The notes beneath the pieces were generated by a model that was not told the DNA's origin, searched no databases, and saw only the letters and a list, made by a program, of their open reading frames with translations. Below are positions 47,656-58,736 of a stretch of 64,000 nucleotides of DNA, piece by piece. The stretch comes from an uncultured Ignavibacteriaceae bacterium (GTDB taxonomy: Bacteria > Bacteroidota > Ignavibacteria > Tepidaquicellales > Tepidaquicellaceae): assembly GCA_964501535.1 (NCBI GenBank), contig CAZCSV010000002.1, positions 413,960-477,959 of the forward strand. Direction: 5' to 3'. The position numbers and the translations under genes are program-made. How positions within the stretch are numbered: position 1 is the first letter of the stretch; each line of letters opens with the position of its first letter.

Positions 47656-50600
47656 TCAGTCCTCTATATGCAGTTTCATATTTGCCGTGCTTCCGCTCAC
47701 ATCCGTGTAATACATCAGTGAACCTCTTGCTGGATTTACATTGTAATCACCCGGAATCTGAGCCCTCATTATGTATGAGAATTCAAAGGAATTTCCGTAG
47801 AGATGTGTCGCAAAGAATGTAACCTTGTTATCCCTGATGTCTTTATCCGCATACCACCATCTCCAGTAGTATTTTGCATAACCCGAATAGTCTTTTTCAT
47901 CCTCGACTCTGTAAGCCCAGTCGTCTTTGGTTACCTCACAGCCTGCAGGGAGCGGGTCTTCGAGCATAAAGAAGCTCATATTGTTTTCTTTGGAGAATAC
48001 ACGAAGCTTAACAAGTATCATATCTCCCGATTTCACGTTACCGTCGAAATATTTTTTCCTGTAAGTTATATTCTGACTGTTGTATGATTCGTATTTTTCA
48101 AGCTTGTAATATTCTTTTTCGACTCTGAATCCGTCTTCACGAGGTGAAATGTTTTCGGAGTCCCAGTAATAACTTGCGTTTGCTGAAAAGTAAACTTTCC
48201 CTGTTCCTTCTTTATCTATACGGATTTCATTTTTGCCTTCCTTGAGTTTATTACCTGAAATTCTGATTAACGAATCTTTTACGAAAATATCTTCTTTCGT
48301 CATGTGCTTTTCATAAAGCTTTTCTCCGTTTATGAATACCTTGACATTATAGTCCGGTGCAAGCTCCGTGGAATTTTTCAGGTAATCTACCATTGCATAG
48401 ATTATTAGCGCTGTCTCCTGCGTGTTTCTCCAGGAGAGACCCATTCTTTGCATCATAAGCCAGCGGATGATTTTATTTTTCAGTTCGGAACTTCCTTTAA
48501 TGTTCACCAGTGCTTTCAGTCCCATTGCCGTGGTTTGCACTTTATCGTCCTGCCAGTTGTAATGGAATGATTGTCCTTCCCAGTAAGATGTCTTATCGCC
48601 TGCTGATTTAGCACGGTTTTCAAGTTCATTTACGACTGCCAGAGCCAGTTCCTTTTCACCCATTATGTTGTATGTCATTGCGATTAAGCTTCTTGCGTAA
48701 TCATTGATGTTCTCTTCGAGAAGTTTGTCAAGTTCGTGCTTATATTTCTCGACTTCCTTACTGTCTGCAATTGCAATCGAATAGAAAATATATGCTCTTG
48801 TTGTCGGATCGAGTGTATTCTTAAGTGAATTTTTCATCGATGCAATGCCTTTCGTGATTACGTCACTCCTTATATCGTAACCTGTCGATTTGGCAATGGA
48901 CAATCCGTAAACGACATATGCTGTCATAAACGGATTTGTCGCATCGTTAGTCCACCAGCCCCATCCGCCGTCCGAATGCTGAAATCCGTAAAGACGTTTT
49001 ATTCCCGCGTCTACCATTTTCGGCAAATCTTTTTTTGTCGCTTCGCTTATTGGTGCATTGAGTTCCCTAAATGCATTCGCAACAACAACCGTGGGTAAAA
49101 AACGGCTCATGGTTTGCTCTACGCACCCGTAAGGATAACCCGCAAGTTCGTCGAGGGAACTTAATATCGTGGAAGCCAGAGAAGGAGCTACAGTGAACTT
49201 CAATCCTGCGCTTCTGATATCGGTTCCCATAGGAATGTCCACGTATTTTTTTTCGGATACATTGTTATCGGAATAATCCGCTATTACCGGCTGAATAATC
49301 TCGAGTCCTTTTGGCTGCAATGGCACCTTGATTTCTACCGCATCGGATTCCTCGTTTGTCAATGCTTCCGCATACAGCTTTGCTTCTCCGTACGGGTTGT
49401 CCACTTTGATTTTCCAATCTAATCTTTTTTCTGAATTGGAAGCAATGTTGATTTGTGTCTCGCTATTGCCGATAAGAGAGACATTGGTTGCTTTAAATTT
49501 TACTTTAACGTTTTTATCTGTCGATAAATAATTGTGTATAACTGTTGATATTGTAATTTCATCTTTATTCTGAAGGAAGCGTGGTGTTTCCATTCTAACG
49601 AGCAGGTTTTTTCTTGTGATAACCGTGTGAGTCATTTGTCCGACTTTTGTGTCTTCCGTAATTACCCGTGATGTTACTCTCCATTCTGTTAAATTATCAG
49701 GGTATTTCACATTTATTATAGCGTATCCGTCCCCGTCCGTTTTTGTATACGGAGACCAGTAAATTGCATCCATGAATTCCGAGCGGACTTCCGCTTCCTT
49801 GAAGTCAGGTCCTTTCACTTTATCGTCACCGATATCTTTTTTCATCTTCATTTTGACATCTTTTTCCTTTTCCGTCTTCATTGGAGCATTTGTTTTGGAT
49901 TCTTCCTGAAATACTCCCGTTCTCCTGCCGTCTAAAACACCTCCGTCTAATTCGGTAACCAGGTCTTCATTTTTAGATTTATCGGTATATAATTTTATCG
50001 TTTTTGTTTCGCCTTTGGACAGAGATATTTTCATCAGTTCGTCACTGTCGATGTTTTGATAATATACGCCTATCGAATATGTGCCTTCGGGCAATTTGAA
50101 TTCAAAAGTTCCGTCCGAATTGGTTACTGCGGCTTTGTAATCTTCATCTATAACGATAATTGCATTAGCAATTGGTATATCGTTTTTGGTTAAAAGCGTT
50201 CCCTTGACGGTCGCTAAATCACCCTCTTTTGTGGAGCGGATGTTAAACCTTTCGTAAATAGTCATCAGACGGGAATAGCTGTAATTGGAAACATATGTAT
50301 TAAATGTAGTCGAGACCTGCGTTAAATTATATCCGTAAAATACTTTCCTGATATCTTTTGCGGTTTCTTCTTTTATGGAATATATGCTTTCATCAATTAT
50401 GCCGAGCGAGACCTCTGCATTTCGAACCGGTTTCCCGTCGTTATCCGTGACCCGTACTTTTAACGTTCCTTCTTCTCTCGGCTTGTAAATTTCTTTCGAA
50501 GGCTCGATGTTTACCGTGAGGAATTTCTCTTCGGGAATCAGCATTATGGATTTATTTGCAGTATTGAAATGACCATTATTTACGAAGTTTGCACTGATTT

Positions 50601-52728
50601 TGAAGTTCGAAGTATAATTTTCATTTATCTGGAATTCAATCATCTTTGATGAACCCGTGAACTTTTCAACACTATATGTAATTATGTTTTCGGTTTCGGT
50701 GGTTATAAGCATGCTTACATCGGGAACCGAAGAATAAATTAAAGCCTTGCATACCTCACCCTTTTTATAGCTGTCTTTATCCGTTATGATCTGAATTCCC
50801 GCTGACTTGTTGTAACTCCACCAGTAATTGTCTTTTCCCCATACATAAAAATATGCGGTTGTTTTTATCTCTTTTCCCCTTTCGTCATTCGCCCTGACTT
50901 CAACGTAATATGAACCCTCGGCACCGGTATTCGGAATTTCGAACGTTATTATGCCTTTCCCGTCTGTCTTGGCCTTACCGCTGAGAGTTTTCACTAGGTC
51001 TTTGCTTTCTTTATAATCATATCTGCCCCATGTGGTCTTGTATATATCGGCAGTGAAATTTGTCTGTACGGGTTTGTCTGAAAAATCGTTTGCACGGACT
51101 TCTATGTTGGCGTTATCTCCGGGCTTATAAAGATATTTATCGCATTTTGCGTTTAAATAAAATCCTCCTCTTGTAACGAAGACGGTCGTCAGTCCGGATA
51201 TTTCCCTTCTGGATTTATCCACGACTTTTGCCTGTACTATATATTTGTAATCGGTTTCGTAGCTGTACCAGTAATACCATCTGTAATAATCCGGATTTTG
51301 TGTCTTGAAATCTTCTTTAATGTTATATGTGAATTCCAGCTTGCCCTCGCTGTTTAACTTTCCTTTGCCTGTGTAAATGTATTCCGCATTACTGAATTTT
51401 TTGTTGTCGTCGAGCGAGGCATAATATTCTTCATACCAGGATGCCCATTCCGAAAATGCCCACCAGGGCTTTGAATAACGTATCTTGTATACATTGTATT
51501 CTACTTCTGCATCTGCTACCGGACTGCCGAAGAAATATTTGGCTTCGACGTTGGCTGTGAGGTTGTCGTATCCGTAATACTGATTCTTATCGGTCTTCAC
51601 GGTAACTTTATATTCTGGTTTCTTATACTGCTCTACAGTGAAATTTATGCTCGATGAATTTTTTTCGTTCATAAATGCAGTTAATACGTAATTCCCGAGG
51701 GGTGCTTCTTTATCTATTCTGTAAGAACCGTCGAAACTGCCCACATCGTTTGTTCTAAGAACTTTTTTATATACTTCTGCATTCCTTGAATCTTTTATCT
51801 TTACGATAATTTCCTGATTGGAATATGATTCGTAACCTGAAACTGTTTTCCTTTTAATCGTTCCTTTAAATAAAACCTCGGATTCGGTCCTGTATACAGG
51901 CTGGTTTGTGAATATATAAGTATTGAATCTGTCAGCCGCATATCCGAAATACAGATACGGGTCTGAAATTATTATATCATTTCCGTAATAACCGATTATA
52001 AGTGGAGTTTTTTTTTCGTCGTTCTTCATAATTTCGTCCTTGACCTCCTGATAAAATGTCCCGTCACCTGAAGATAAACCCTTCCCGATTAATCTGGAGC
52101 CGAGATAAAAGTTCAAATCTGCATTTGATACGGGATTACCCGCTTTTCTGTCTATTACATATGCCAGCATTGAGTTACTGCCGGCTTTTGATATTATTCC
52201 GGTTGATGTTACTATGAATCCGCAGTGCGCTACCTGATTTCCTGCAGTGACTTTAACAAAATATGCGCCGTTTTCCGTAATGTTGATGGGTACGTTTTCA
52301 TTTACATAATAATAACCGTAATCTTTTGTCGGTTTAAAATTTTTTGTGAACGAGCCAACCTCATCCGCGAGATAAGTCAGGTTCGTGCTGTCTCTTCCGA
52401 GAACATCTATGCTGTACCGCGAGGTCTGATTTGAATAAAATCCCGCGATATCCTTTATCTTGAAAATCTGGAAATTGAAATTGACCTTTTTGTTTTTATT
52501 TTTTTTCTTTGAACTGTAGTCATAAGAATAAAGATTTATGGAAATCCTGTCTCCCGGATAGTAATAATTATTTGAAGAAACATAAAAATTGACACTCAAA
52601 TCGTCAGATGTTGATTTCGGATAAATATCAGCAGCAAACGATAGTAATGTTATTAAAACTGCCGTAAAAAAAGCTGTGATTGATGTTTTCACTTTATTAT
52701 AATTTAAATTTATTTGTTTCTTTTTCAA
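47656..52728 (-). CDS. Bacterial alpha-2-macroglobulin family protein with intact thioester motif
   Basis: 1690-aa ORF with an N-terminal signal/anchor and multiple MG-like beta-sandwich segments. The thioester site GYPYGCVEQTM has CVEQ at nt 49114-49125. The following segment is alpha-helical and TED-like. Confidence 0.85.
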   Translation of the reverse strand: MKKKQINLNYNKVKTSITAFFTAVLITLLSFAADIYPKSTSDDLSVNFYVSSNNYYYPGDRISINLYSYDYSSKKKNKNKKVNFNFQIFKIKDIAGFYSNQTSRYSIDVLGRDSTNLTYLADEVGSFTKNFKPTKDYGYYYVNENVPINITENGAYFVKVTAGNQVAHCGFIVTSTGIISKAGSNSMLAYVIDRKAGNPVSNADLNFYLGSRLIGKGLSSGDGTFYQEVKDEIMKNDEKKTPLIIGYYGNDIIISDPYLYFGYAADRFNTYIFTNQPVYRTESEVLFKGTIKRKTVSGYESYSNQEIIVKIKDSRNAEVYKKVLRTNDVGSFDGSYRIDKEAPLGNYVLTAFMNEKNSSSINFTVEQYKKPEYKVTVKTDKNQYYGYDNLTANVEAKYFFGSPVADAEVEYNVYKIRYSKPWWAFSEWASWYEEYYASLDDNKKFSNAEYIYTGKGKLNSEGKLEFTYNIKEDFKTQNPDYYRWYYWYSYETDYKYIVQAKVVDKSRREISGLTTVFVTRGGFYLNAKCDKYLYKPGDNANIEVRANDFSDKPVQTNFTADIYKTTWGRYDYKESKDLVKTLSGKAKTDGKGIITFEIPNTGAEGSYYVEVRANDERGKEIKTTAYFYVWGKDNYWWSYNKSAGIQIITDKDSYKKGEVCKALIYSSVPDVSMLITTETENIITYSVEKFTGSSKMIEFQINENYTSNFKISANFVNNGHFNTANKSIMLIPEEKFLTVNIEPSKEIYKPREEGTLKVRVTDNDGKPVRNAEVSLGIIDESIYSIKEETAKDIRKVFYGYNLTQVSTTFNTYVSNYSYSRLMTIYERFNIRSTKEGDLATVKGTLLTKNDIPIANAIIVIDEDYKAAVTNSDGTFEFKLPEGTYSIGVYYQNIDSDELMKISLSKGETKTIKLYTDKSKNEDLVTELDGGVLDGRRTGVFQEESKTNAPMKTEKEKDVKMKMKKDIGDDKVKGPDFKEAEVRSEFMDAIYWSPYTKTDGDGYAIINVKYPDNLTEWRVTSRVITEDTKVGQMTHTVITRKNLLVRMETPRFLQNKDEITISTVIHNYLSTDKNVKVKFKATNVSLIGNSETQINIASNSEKRLDWKIKVDNPYGEAKLYAEALTNEESDAVEIKVPLQPKGLEIIQPVIADYSDNNVSEKKYVDIPMGTDIRSAGLKFTVAPSLASTILSSLDELAGYPYGCVEQTMSRFLPTVVVANAFRELNAPISEATKKDLPKMVDAGIKRLYGFQHSDGGWGWWTNDATNPFMTAYVVYGLSIAKSTGYDIRSDVITKGIASMKNSLKNTLDPTTRAYIFYSIAIADSKEVEKYKHELDKLLEENINDYARSLIAMTYNIMGEKELALAVVNELENRAKSAGDKTSYWEGQSFHYNWQDDKVQTTAMGLKALVNIKGSSELKNKIIRWLMMQRMGLSWRNTQETALIIYAMVDYLKNSTELAPDYNVKVFINGEKLYEKHMTKEDIFVKDSLIRISGNKLKEGKNEIRIDKEGTGKVYFSANASYYWDSENISPREDGFRVEKEYYKLEKYESYNSQNITYRKKYFDGNVKSGDMILVKLRVFSKENNMSFFMLEDPLPAGCEVTKDDWAYRVEDEKDYSGYAKYYWRWWYADKDIRDNKVTFFATHLYGNSFEFSYIMRAQIPGDYNVNPARGSLMYYTDVSGSTANMKLHIED

Positions 52729-52927
52729 AATTGGTTCTTGATTTTTATAGTCGAATTATTGTTTTTTGTTCCTCTCTCTGTCTACTTTTTTAGAAATGTT
52801 CTGAGACTAATTGTATAACAACAGATTTTTTATGCAAAATAATAAAAATGGAATAATGATGAAATTAATAATTGGTGAAATCAAAAAACATTGAGATTAA
52901 GATAATTTAGAATTATTTTAACATATT

Positions 52928-53272
52928 ATGCACGAATTATCAGTAGCCCAGAATATTATCGAGATTGTAAAAGAAAATGTTCCCGAAAAAGATTTAAAAA
53001 ATGTGAAGACAATATTTCTTGAAGTAGGTGAATTTTCAGGGATAATACCGGATTCCCTTGAATATTGCTTTGATGTAATAAAAGCGGATGCTTCACTAGG
53101 AAATTCGAAAATGGAAATTAAAAAAATCCCTTTCGTTCTTTTTTGTGATGACTGTAAATCGGAAACGACAAATAATATGGGAATAAGATTTTGCGAAAAG
53201 TGCAATTCGAGCAATACAAAAATAATTTCCGGAACGGATATGCAAATAATAAATGTAGAATTAGAATCATAA
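52928..53272 (+). CDS. hypA: Hydrogenase nickel-insertion protein HypA
   Basis: 114-aa ORF beginning MHELSVAQNIIEIV. It has two CxxC pairs (CDDC ... CEKC). Confidence 0.9.
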   Translation: MHELSVAQNIIEIVKENVPEKDLKNVKTIFLEVGEFSGIIPDSLEYCFDVIKADASLGNSKMEIKKIPFVLFCDDCKSETTNNMGIRFCEKCNSSNTKIISGTDMQIINVELES

Positions 53273-53286
53273 AAAATTTAACCAAT

Positions 53287-53943
53287 ATGAGTATAATTAC
53301 AATCGAAAGAAAAGTTCTTGAAAAGAACGATGAGCTTGCGGCTCAAATAAGAAATAAATTTAAGAGTATTAATCTTTTTGTGATTAATATTGTAAGCTCC
53401 CCGGGTTCGGGAAAGACGAGCCTGCTTGAGAGAACAATTGAGGAATTAAAAAACAAAATTAATATCGCTGTAATCGAGGGTGATGTTCAGACCGATTTCG
53501 ATGCAAAAAGAGTAGAAAGATATAATGTCCCGGTTGTGCAGATAGTTACAAACGGAGGATGCCATCTGGACGCTAAATTGGTAAAAGATGCACTTGAAAA
53601 TATTAAGCTCGATAAAATAAATTTTCTTGTAATAGAAAACGTCGGAAACCTTGTCTGTCCGGCCGGATATGATTTAGGAGAGGATTTTAAAGTCGTGATA
53701 TTGAGCACTACGGAGGGTGACGATAAACCGCTCAAATATCCCAAAATGTTTATTAACTCGTCTGTATTAATAATAAATAAGATTGACCTTCTGCCGTATG
53801 TCAATTGTGATATTGGTACTTTGCGAAAGAATGCTTTAAATATAAATCCAAATCTGAAAATTTTCGAGACATCCTGCACAACTGGTGAAGGAATTGAAGA
53901 CTGGTGTAAGTGGATTTTGGAAAATATAAAAAACAGAAATTAA
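53287..53943 (+). CDS. hypB: Hydrogenase maturation GTPase HypB
   Basis: The ATG at 53287 gives a 218-aa protein; the ORF-track start at 53191 overlaps hypA. The P-loop is SSPGSGKTSLLE, with CH..A and ENVGNLVCP metal-site motifs and NKID. Confidence 0.9.
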   Translation: MSIITIERKVLEKNDELAAQIRNKFKSINLFVINIVSSPGSGKTSLLERTIEELKNKINIAVIEGDVQTDFDAKRVERYNVPVVQIVTNGGCHLDAKLVKDALENIKLDKINFLVIENVGNLVCPAGYDLGEDFKVVILSTTEGDDKPLKYPKMFINSSVLIINKIDLLPYVNCDIGTLRKNALNINPNLKIFETSCTTGEGIEDWCKWILENIKNRN

Positions 53944-56210
53944 TATTGACCCGCCTCAATAAAATATACATTAAAGGTGCAGTGCAGGGGGTGGGATTCC
54001 GGCCTTTCATCTTTAAACTTGCAAATTCGCTTGGGGTAAAAGGCTATGTATTAAATACGCCGCAGGGTGTTATAATTGAAGCAGAAGGTGAACCGGAGTT
54101 GCTGGAAGTTTTTACAGAAAGAATAAAAAAAGAAAAACCGCACGTATCTTTAATTCAAAATATTGTTATTGAGAAATTAAATCCGGTTAATTATACCGAT
54201 TTTAAAATAAAACAAAGCGATACGGGGGGCTCGCCGAATGCAATTGTACTTCCCGATATTGCAACATGTTCCGAATGTCGTGATGAAATATTCGACCCGA
54301 AAAACAGACGCTATCTCTATCCCTTTACGAACTGCACGAATTGCGGTCCGAGATATTCCATAATAGAATCCCTTCCGTACGACAGAGCACGTACGACAAT
54401 GAAAAATTTTGTTATGTGCCCCGAATGTAAAGCCGAATACGAAAATCCGAATGACAGAAGATTCCATGCACAGCCAAATGCATGCCCGGCTTGCGGTCCT
54501 AATGTAGAACTGTGGAATTCATCAGGAGAAAAGCTGTCTCAAAAAAATGATGCCATTTTGGAGACAGTAAATGCTGTAAGAGAAGGGAAAATCCTCGCCG
54601 TTAAAGGATTGGGTGGTTTTCATCTGGTCGTTGACGCAATGAACAGTGATGCAATCAGGAGATTGCGGAAAAGAAAAAACCGTGAGGAAAAACCGTTTGC
54701 ATTGATGTATCCGGATTTGATGAGCGTAAAGAGGGATTGCATTTTATCTCATGAGGAAGAAGATTTGCTCCTGTCGGCGCAATCACCGATTGTGTTACTA
54801 AAGAAAAAAGAAGAATGTAAAATATCTTCCTGTGTTGCTCCGCTGAATCCTAATCTTGGAATAATGTTGCCTTATACGCCGTTGCATTTCATATTGATGC
54901 ATTATTTAAATACTCCCGTTGTTGCTACCAGCGGTAACCTTGCGGAAGAACCGATTTGCATAGACGAGGAAGAAGCTCTGATTAGATTAAAAGGAATTGC
55001 AGATTTATTGCTTGTTCACAACAGACCAATTTACAGGCACATTGATGATTCGATTGCAAGAATAATATTAAATCGAAAGGTCTTGCTGAGAAGGGCAAGG
55101 GGATATGCTCCGATGCCTGTAATTACGAATAAAGGAAGCGTCAGGCATATTTTGTCAGTAGGCGGACATCTGAAAAATACAATTTCGGTTTCGAAGGGAA
55201 ATGAGGTTTTTATAAGTCAGCATATAGGAGACCTGGAGACCGAAGAATCTTACAGCAGCTTTATTAATACAATCGAAAAATTTAAGAATATTTACAAAAT
55301 CGTTCCTGAAGATGTCGCTTGTGATATGCATCCCGATTACATTTCGACTAAATATGTTAAAGAAAAATATTCAAATGTAACTTATGTTCAGCATCACGAA
55401 TCCCATATTCTGTCTGTCATTGCTGAAAATGAAATAAATGAACCTGTACTTGGTGTTGCCTGGGACGGTGCCGGTTTCGGTACCGATAAGACAATTTGGG
55501 GCGGAGAATTTTTTCTTACAGGTAAAGACGGATTCAAGCGAATAGCGCATTTGAAAAAATTCGGACTTCCGGGCGGGGAGAGTTCCTTCAGGCAAATTTA
55601 TAAATCCGCATTGGGAATCCTTTATGAGATATTTAGGAATGATTCGGTTAAATATTTATCCGTAGAAGTTTCGGAGAAAGAACGTAAAATACTCCATCGG
55701 ATGTTGATGAACAATCTTAACACTCCTTTATGTTCGAGTGTCGGCAGGCTGTTCGATGCTGTCGCTTCTATTATTAATGTCAGACAAAAAGTCAACTTCG
55801 AGGGACAGGCGGCAATGGAACTGGAGTTCCTGCTGGACGGAATTGATTCTGACGATTCTTATGAAATGGAAATAAATAGAGACGAAAATGATATCTTGAT
55901 AATTGACTGGTCACAAATGATAAAGCAAATCATCGAAGATAATGAAAATGGAATTTCTAAAAATTTAATTTCACTGAAATTTCACAATGCTTTGGTAAAT
56001 AGTATTGTTGAAACAGCTAAATTAATTAAAGAAAAAATTGTTATATTAAGCGGTGGATGTTTTCAGAACAAATATTTATTGGAAAAATCTATAATGAAAT
56101 TAGTAGAATCGGGATTTAGTGTATACTGGAATAAAGAAGTCCCTGCGAACGACGGAGGGATTTCCTTGGGTCAGATTGAATATTTTACTTATTTTAAAAA
56201 AATCAAATAA
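53910..56210 (+). CDS. hypF: Carbamoyltransferase HypF
   Basis: The acylphosphatase domain is IKGAVQGVGFRPF, followed by two pairs of CxxC zinc fingers, a YrdC-like domain (KGLGGFHL) and a Kae1-like C-terminus. The start is uncertain: GTG at 53910 overlaps hypB, and a TTG at 53946 is also possible. Confidence 0.9.
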   Translation: MDFGKYKKQKLILTRLNKIYIKGAVQGVGFRPFIFKLANSLGVKGYVLNTPQGVIIEAEGEPELLEVFTERIKKEKPHVSLIQNIVIEKLNPVNYTDFKIKQSDTGGSPNAIVLPDIATCSECRDEIFDPKNRRYLYPFTNCTNCGPRYSIIESLPYDRARTTMKNFVMCPECKAEYENPNDRRFHAQPNACPACGPNVELWNSSGEKLSQKNDAILETVNAVREGKILAVKGLGGFHLVVDAMNSDAIRRLRKRKNREEKPFALMYPDLMSVKRDCILSHEEEDLLLSAQSPIVLLKKKEECKISSCVAPLNPNLGIMLPYTPLHFILMHYLNTPVVATSGNLAEEPICIDEEEALIRLKGIADLLLVHNRPIYRHIDDSIARIILNRKVLLRRARGYAPMPVITNKGSVRHILSVGGHLKNTISVSKGNEVFISQHIGDLETEESYSSFINTIEKFKNIYKIVPEDVACDMHPDYISTKYVKEKYSNVTYVQHHESHILSVIAENEINEPVLGVAWDGAGFGTDKTIWGGEFFLTGKDGFKRIAHLKKFGLPGGESSFRQIYKSALGILYEIFRNDSVKYLSVEVSEKERKILHRMLMNNLNTPLCSSVGRLFDAVASIINVRQKVNFEGQAAMELEFLLDGIDSDDSYEMEINRDENDILIIDWSQMIKQIIEDNENGISKNLISLKFHNALVNSIVETAKLIKEKIVILSGGCFQNKYLLEKSIMKLVESGFSVYWNKEVPANDGGISLGQIEYFTYFKKIK

Positions 56211-56215
56211 TATTT

Positions 56216-56449
56216 ATGTGTCTTGCAGTACCGGGTAAGATTCTCGAAATATCGGAAAATGACAGCCTTACAAGATTGGCTAAAGTAAGTTTCGGCGGCG
56301 CCGTAAAAGATGTCAACGTTTCATTCGTTCCGGGAGCAAAGGTAGGGGATTATGTTATCGTGCATGTGGGATTTGCACTTAACATTATAGATGAGGAAGA
56401 AGCCCTGAAATCTCTGGAGTACCTGAAACAAATGGGAGAGGAAGAATGA
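56216..56449 (+). CDS. hypC: Hydrogenase assembly chaperone HypC
   Basis: 77-aa ORF with the N-terminal MCLAVPGKI signature. Confidence 0.9.
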   Translation: MCLAVPGKILEISENDSLTRLAKVSFGGAVKDVNVSFVPGAKVGDYVIVHVGFALNIIDEEEALKSLEYLKQMGEEE

Positions 56450-57537
56450 GATTTATTGATGAATACAGAGACTCCGTGAAAGCAAAACGATATTTAAAGG
56501 AAATCGGAAAAATTACAACGGAAAACTGGTCAATAATGGAAATCTGTGGAGGTCAGACTCATTCCATTATGAAATACGGAATAGATGAACTTTTGCCGGA
56601 AGAGATAAATCTGATTCACGGACCCGGTTGCCCCGTATGCGTCACTCCGGTGGAAAAGATTGATAAAGCCATTGAAATTGCATCAAACCCCGAAGTTATA
56701 TTTTGCTCGTTTGGCGATATGCTGAGGGTTCCGGGCTCTAAAACGGATTTGTTGAGTGTGAAAGCATCCGGATATGATGTAAGAATAGTATATTCTCCTG
56801 TTGACGCCGTCAGGATTGCTAAAGAAAATCCCGGAAAGGAAGTGGTTTTTTTTGCGGTAGGATTCGAGACGACTGCTCCCCCGAATGCACAGGCAATTTA
56901 TCTGGCTTATAATCGGAAAATAGAAAATTATTCCGCTCTGGTTTCGCATGTGCTTGTCCCGCCTGCAATAGAAGCGATTTTAAGCTCGAAAAATAATAAG
57001 GTCCGTGGTTTCCTTGCTGCTGGTCACGTCTGTGCCGTAATGGGATTTTATGAATATGAAAATATTGCGGAAAAATTCCGCGTACCAATTGTTGTAACAG
57101 GCTTCGAACCTTTGGATATTTTACAGGGAATATTTATGTGCGTAAAACAGCTGGAGGAAAAAAGATATTATGTCGAAAACCAGTATTCACGCGTGGTGAC
57201 AAGGAAAGGAAATCCGAAAGCTCGTGAAATGATGTATGAAGTGTTTGAAACCTGCAATATGAAGTGGAGAGGCATCGGTGAGATTAAGCAAAGCGGATTC
57301 AGAATAAAGGATAAATACAAAAAATTCGATGCTGAAATCAAATTCGGCGTTGTGGATTATTCTTTCGAAGAATCTACCGAGTGTATCAGCGGATTAATCC
57401 TGCAGGGATTGAAGAAACCGAATGAATGTCCCGTGTTTGGGACGAAGTGCAGTCCTGAACATCCGCTCGGTGCAACGATGGTCTCTTCGGAAGGTGCGTG
57501 CTCTGCATACTATTTATATAAAGAAAAAAAAGGTTAA
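56446..57537 (+). CDS. hypD: Hydrogenase maturation protein HypD
   Basis: 363-aa ORF with the motifs [14 protein letters not shown] and FETTAP and a C-terminal Cys cluster. It has a 4-nt overlap with hypC. Confidence 0.9.
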   Translation: MRFIDEYRDSVKAKRYLKEIGKITTENWSIMEICGGQTHSIMKYGIDELLPEEINLIHGPGCPVCVTPVEKIDKAIEIASNPEVIFCSFGDMLRVPGSKTDLLSVKASGYDVRIVYSPVDAVRIAKENPGKEVVFFAVGFETTAPPNAQAIYLAYNRKIENYSALVSHVLVPPAIEAILSSKNNKVRGFLAAGHVCAVMGFYEYENIAEKFRVPIVVTGFEPLDILQGIFMCVKQLEEKRYYVENQYSRVVTRKGNPKAREMMYEVFETCNMKWRGIGEIKQSGFRIKDKYKKFDAEIKFGVVDYSFEESTECISGLILQGLKKPNECPVFGTKCSPEHPLGATMVSSEGACSAYYLYKEKKG

Positions 57538-57582
57538 TAAATCTTTCGTTAATGTGCCTGAAAAATTAAAATAGATTATAAT

Positions 57583-58644
57583 ATGGCTAATTTAAATATT
57601 ATTGATGAATTGAGTTGCCCCCTTCCCATAAACGATTATGATGCGGTTACTATGGCTCACGGAGGCGGCGGAAAACTGATGAATAACTTAATCGAAAAAA
57701 TGTTCATTCATTACCTCTCGAATCATTTGATTGATGAAAAGCATGACGGGGCGGTTTTTGAAACCGAAGGACATAGGCTTGCTTTCTCCACGGATTCTTA
57801 CGTGGTCAATCCCGTTTTTTTCCCGGGAGGGGATATCGGGGAACTTGCTGTTTACGGGACCGTCAACGACCTCGCAATGTGCGGCGCAAAACCCCTGTAT
57901 ATGAGCCTGGGGCTGATTCTTGAAGAGGGATTCTTATTGAAAGATCTGGAAAAAATTATTATCTCGATTAAAAATGCCTGTGAAAAAACCGGTGTGAAAA
58001 TAATTACCGGCGATACAAAGGTCGTGGATAAGGGAAAAGGTGACGGAATTTTTATTAATACATCGGGAATCGGAATTGTGAAAGAGGGAATTAATATTTC
58101 GCCTTCGAATGTGCGGGAAGGGGATATTATTTTATTGAGCGGAGATATCGGCAGACACGGAATAGCCATAATGTCCGCAAGGGAAAATCTTGATTTTGAG
58201 AGCAATATTAAAAGCGATTGTGCACCGCTTAACAGTATAGTCGAAAAGTTAATCGAATCGGAAGTCGAGATTCACTGCCTGAGGGATTTAACACGCGGAG
58301 GACTCGGGAGTGCACTGAACGAAATTGCATCCTCGGCGGGAGTTGTAATCGAAGTGGAAGAAAAATCCATAAATGTCATCGAAGAAGTACGCGGTGTGTG
58401 CGAGATACTCGGCTTCGACCCGGTCTACGTGGCAAACGAAGGCAGATTCATTGCAATAGTGAAAAAGGAAGATGCCCCGAAAGCATTGAAAATACTTGCT
58501 TCGGAAGAATCCGGAAAATTCTCTTCCGTTATCGGTGAAGTGAAAAATAAAAAATCAAACGGGCTCGTAACTTTAAAAAGCATCATCGGGGCAACCCGTA
58601 TTCTCGACATGCTCAGCGGCGAACAGCTGCCAAGGATTTGCTAA
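57583..58644 (+). CDS. hypE: Hydrogenase maturation carbamoyl dehydratase HypE
   Basis: 353-aa ORF with a PurM-like fold ([16 protein letters not shown]) and the conserved C-terminal PRIC. Confidence 0.9.
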   Translation: MANLNIIDELSCPLPINDYDAVTMAHGGGGKLMNNLIEKMFIHYLSNHLIDEKHDGAVFETEGHRLAFSTDSYVVNPVFFPGGDIGELAVYGTVNDLAMCGAKPLYMSLGLILEEGFLLKDLEKIIISIKNACEKTGVKIITGDTKVVDKGKGDGIFINTSGIGIVKEGINISPSNVREGDIILLSGDIGRHGIAIMSARENLDFESNIKSDCAPLNSIVEKLIESEVEIHCLRDLTRGGLGSALNEIASSAGVVIEVEEKSINVIEEVRGVCEILGFDPVYVANEGRFIAIVKKEDAPKALKILASEESGKFSSVIGEVKNKKSNGLVTLKSIIGATRILDMLSGEQLPRIC

Positions 58645-58736
58645 AAGCTATTTTTTTTATAAAAAGCAATTGCTATATTTAAACGTAGCAGTTATGGATT
58701 GCCTTACAATATTGTAAAAATTTTTTTTCAGGAGAT

